From contig QPGO01000032.1 of the NCBI GenBank assembly GCA_008632985.1, forward strand, positions 431,330-495,329: a stretch of 64,000 bases of DNA. The letters are read 5' to 3'. Below are positions 62,793 through 64,000 of this stretch, one piece after another. This stretch comes from Psammoneis japonica. Its lineage: Eukaryota. Under the pieces are notes generated by a model. It had not been told where the DNA came from, did not search any database, and saw only the letters and a program-made list of their open reading frames with translations. Within the stretch, counting starts at the first letter, position 1. The number at the start of each line of letters is the position of its first letter. The position numbers and the translations under genes were made by a program.

Positions 62793-64000
62793 TCACTGCT
62801 TCCGTTGTCCTAATGCTGCATCAAGAAGATCTTCATGCCACAGCTGAAAATTCCACAAGTATTCACCCTGGACTGTCTTTGCCATGACTTGAATGGGTTG
62901 TCCATCTAAATTCTTGCAGAGAGAAAGCTTGGTAATTCCCAAATCCAATGAATACGATCCAACATCCAAAAGTTGCTGATAGAAGTCAAAGGTGTACACC
63001 GATTCAGTATCAAAAACATACTCAGACGCGCGTTTTGGATTAGCCAAGTGACGCTTGCGAGCCGACTGCGAAATTGGATCTTTGGAATTGAAGATCCCAC
63101 CCAACACACTCAAGTCCTCGGGGATATCGTTTTCGCTCGCAATACAGGGTTCATTACCGGGCATGTCCGCAGAGACCGACTGCGAAGTGGCTGCCAAAAT
63201 GGCAAGAGCATACTGTGGCTCCTCGTCCAACACAATCTGCGCGCCTGGTGCCAAACGTCGAATCAAATTCGTCCCAGTGCGGACCATCCACGAGGGTGGA
63301 AGCTGTTTAGAGGGCGTTCAAACTCGTGGCCCGTCAAAACGTCAGATACCTTGAGGGGCTCCTTGAACCTGCCTTGAATTATTGATTGAAACTTGCGTCT
63401 CCGTCCCAGAAAGTATTGGGAGTCCGATTCAGGGTCATCGCTTGGGACATCTCGCAGACGTACCAGACACTGACCCTCGAACAAGTCCGAGCTGAAGCTA
63501 AACGGTACTCCAATGGGACATGGACCTGTTCCAAATTTCGGCACTTCCATTCTTGGACAAGACGGTGTGTTGAGGCACAGAAGGACAGGTCGATGCGGCC
63601 AAGTCTCAACATCTGGCAAATCCCATGCCTCGCGCATCTTCAAACCACCTGTCACACCTCTGGTACTAGCACGAACACTACGAGACATGCTTTTCTCTGG
63701 CTCCATGGCCCGAATCGACATGACTGATCGCATCCTCTCGAGCAACGATCCTGGCTCCGAGATACCAGCTGCTGGCCGCGGTGCTTCAAATTCAAGTTGC
63801 CTGGTAATCGTGTCGACATTTTCGTTCGCCACATCTTCCATGAAGGCTTCATCAATGCTTGCAGTTGGTGTCACCAACTTGGACAAGACACTAAAGTTCT
63901 GCTTGGAGATTGCGTAAAGCTTGGCGGGACCAAGACGCGTTTTCACTCCATAGATCAACGACACAGAGAAGAAGGCAATGCTCAGCATCAGTGCTCTGCG
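62793..64000 (-). CDS. DUF1769-domain protein (5' end outside window; frameshift near 63290)
   Basis: PFSFSSDLFEGQCLVRLR..YFLGRRRKFQSIIQGRFKEPL..DVLTGHEFERPL and RKRHL..YVFDTESVYTFDFYQ match the DUF1769 pattern. Confidence 0.75.

Overview
Eukaryotic nuclear DNA, most likely a pennate diatom or related stramenopile. This is an inference from short GT-AG introns, signal peptide + 'AF/SF' plastid-type presequences, RNI-like LRR genes and CACTA/Plavaka-type transposons. The gene-dense host sequence encodes a subtilisin, a PPi-type PEP carboxykinase, a 2OG-Fe(II) oxygenase, a two-domain retropepsin-like protease, an L-asparaginase, a QRT3-like beta-helix protein, and ZC3H15-like, TCAIM-like and DUF1769 proteins. 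It is interrupted by three transposon-derived blocks (about 1-3480, 8450-10540 and 36530-53190). The main signal is that these blocks have been almost completely stripped of the dinucleotide TpA, apparently by conversion to TpG/CpA. Tyr codons have become Cys/His, stop codons are largely erased, and one intron donor reads GCAAGT. Flanking genes, two small MITEs and a nearby inverted gene duplicate are untouched. In the 12.4-kb element (37676-50040, perfect 20-bp TIRs) CpG is still abundant, so methyl-CpG decay does not explain the loss. The pattern looks like a transposon-targeted A:T>G:C hypermutation ('reverse RIP') that prefers TAY, a candidate genome-defence system I do not recognise as described. 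All counts are manual and approximate. Several host genes carry frameshifts that are probably consensus errors.
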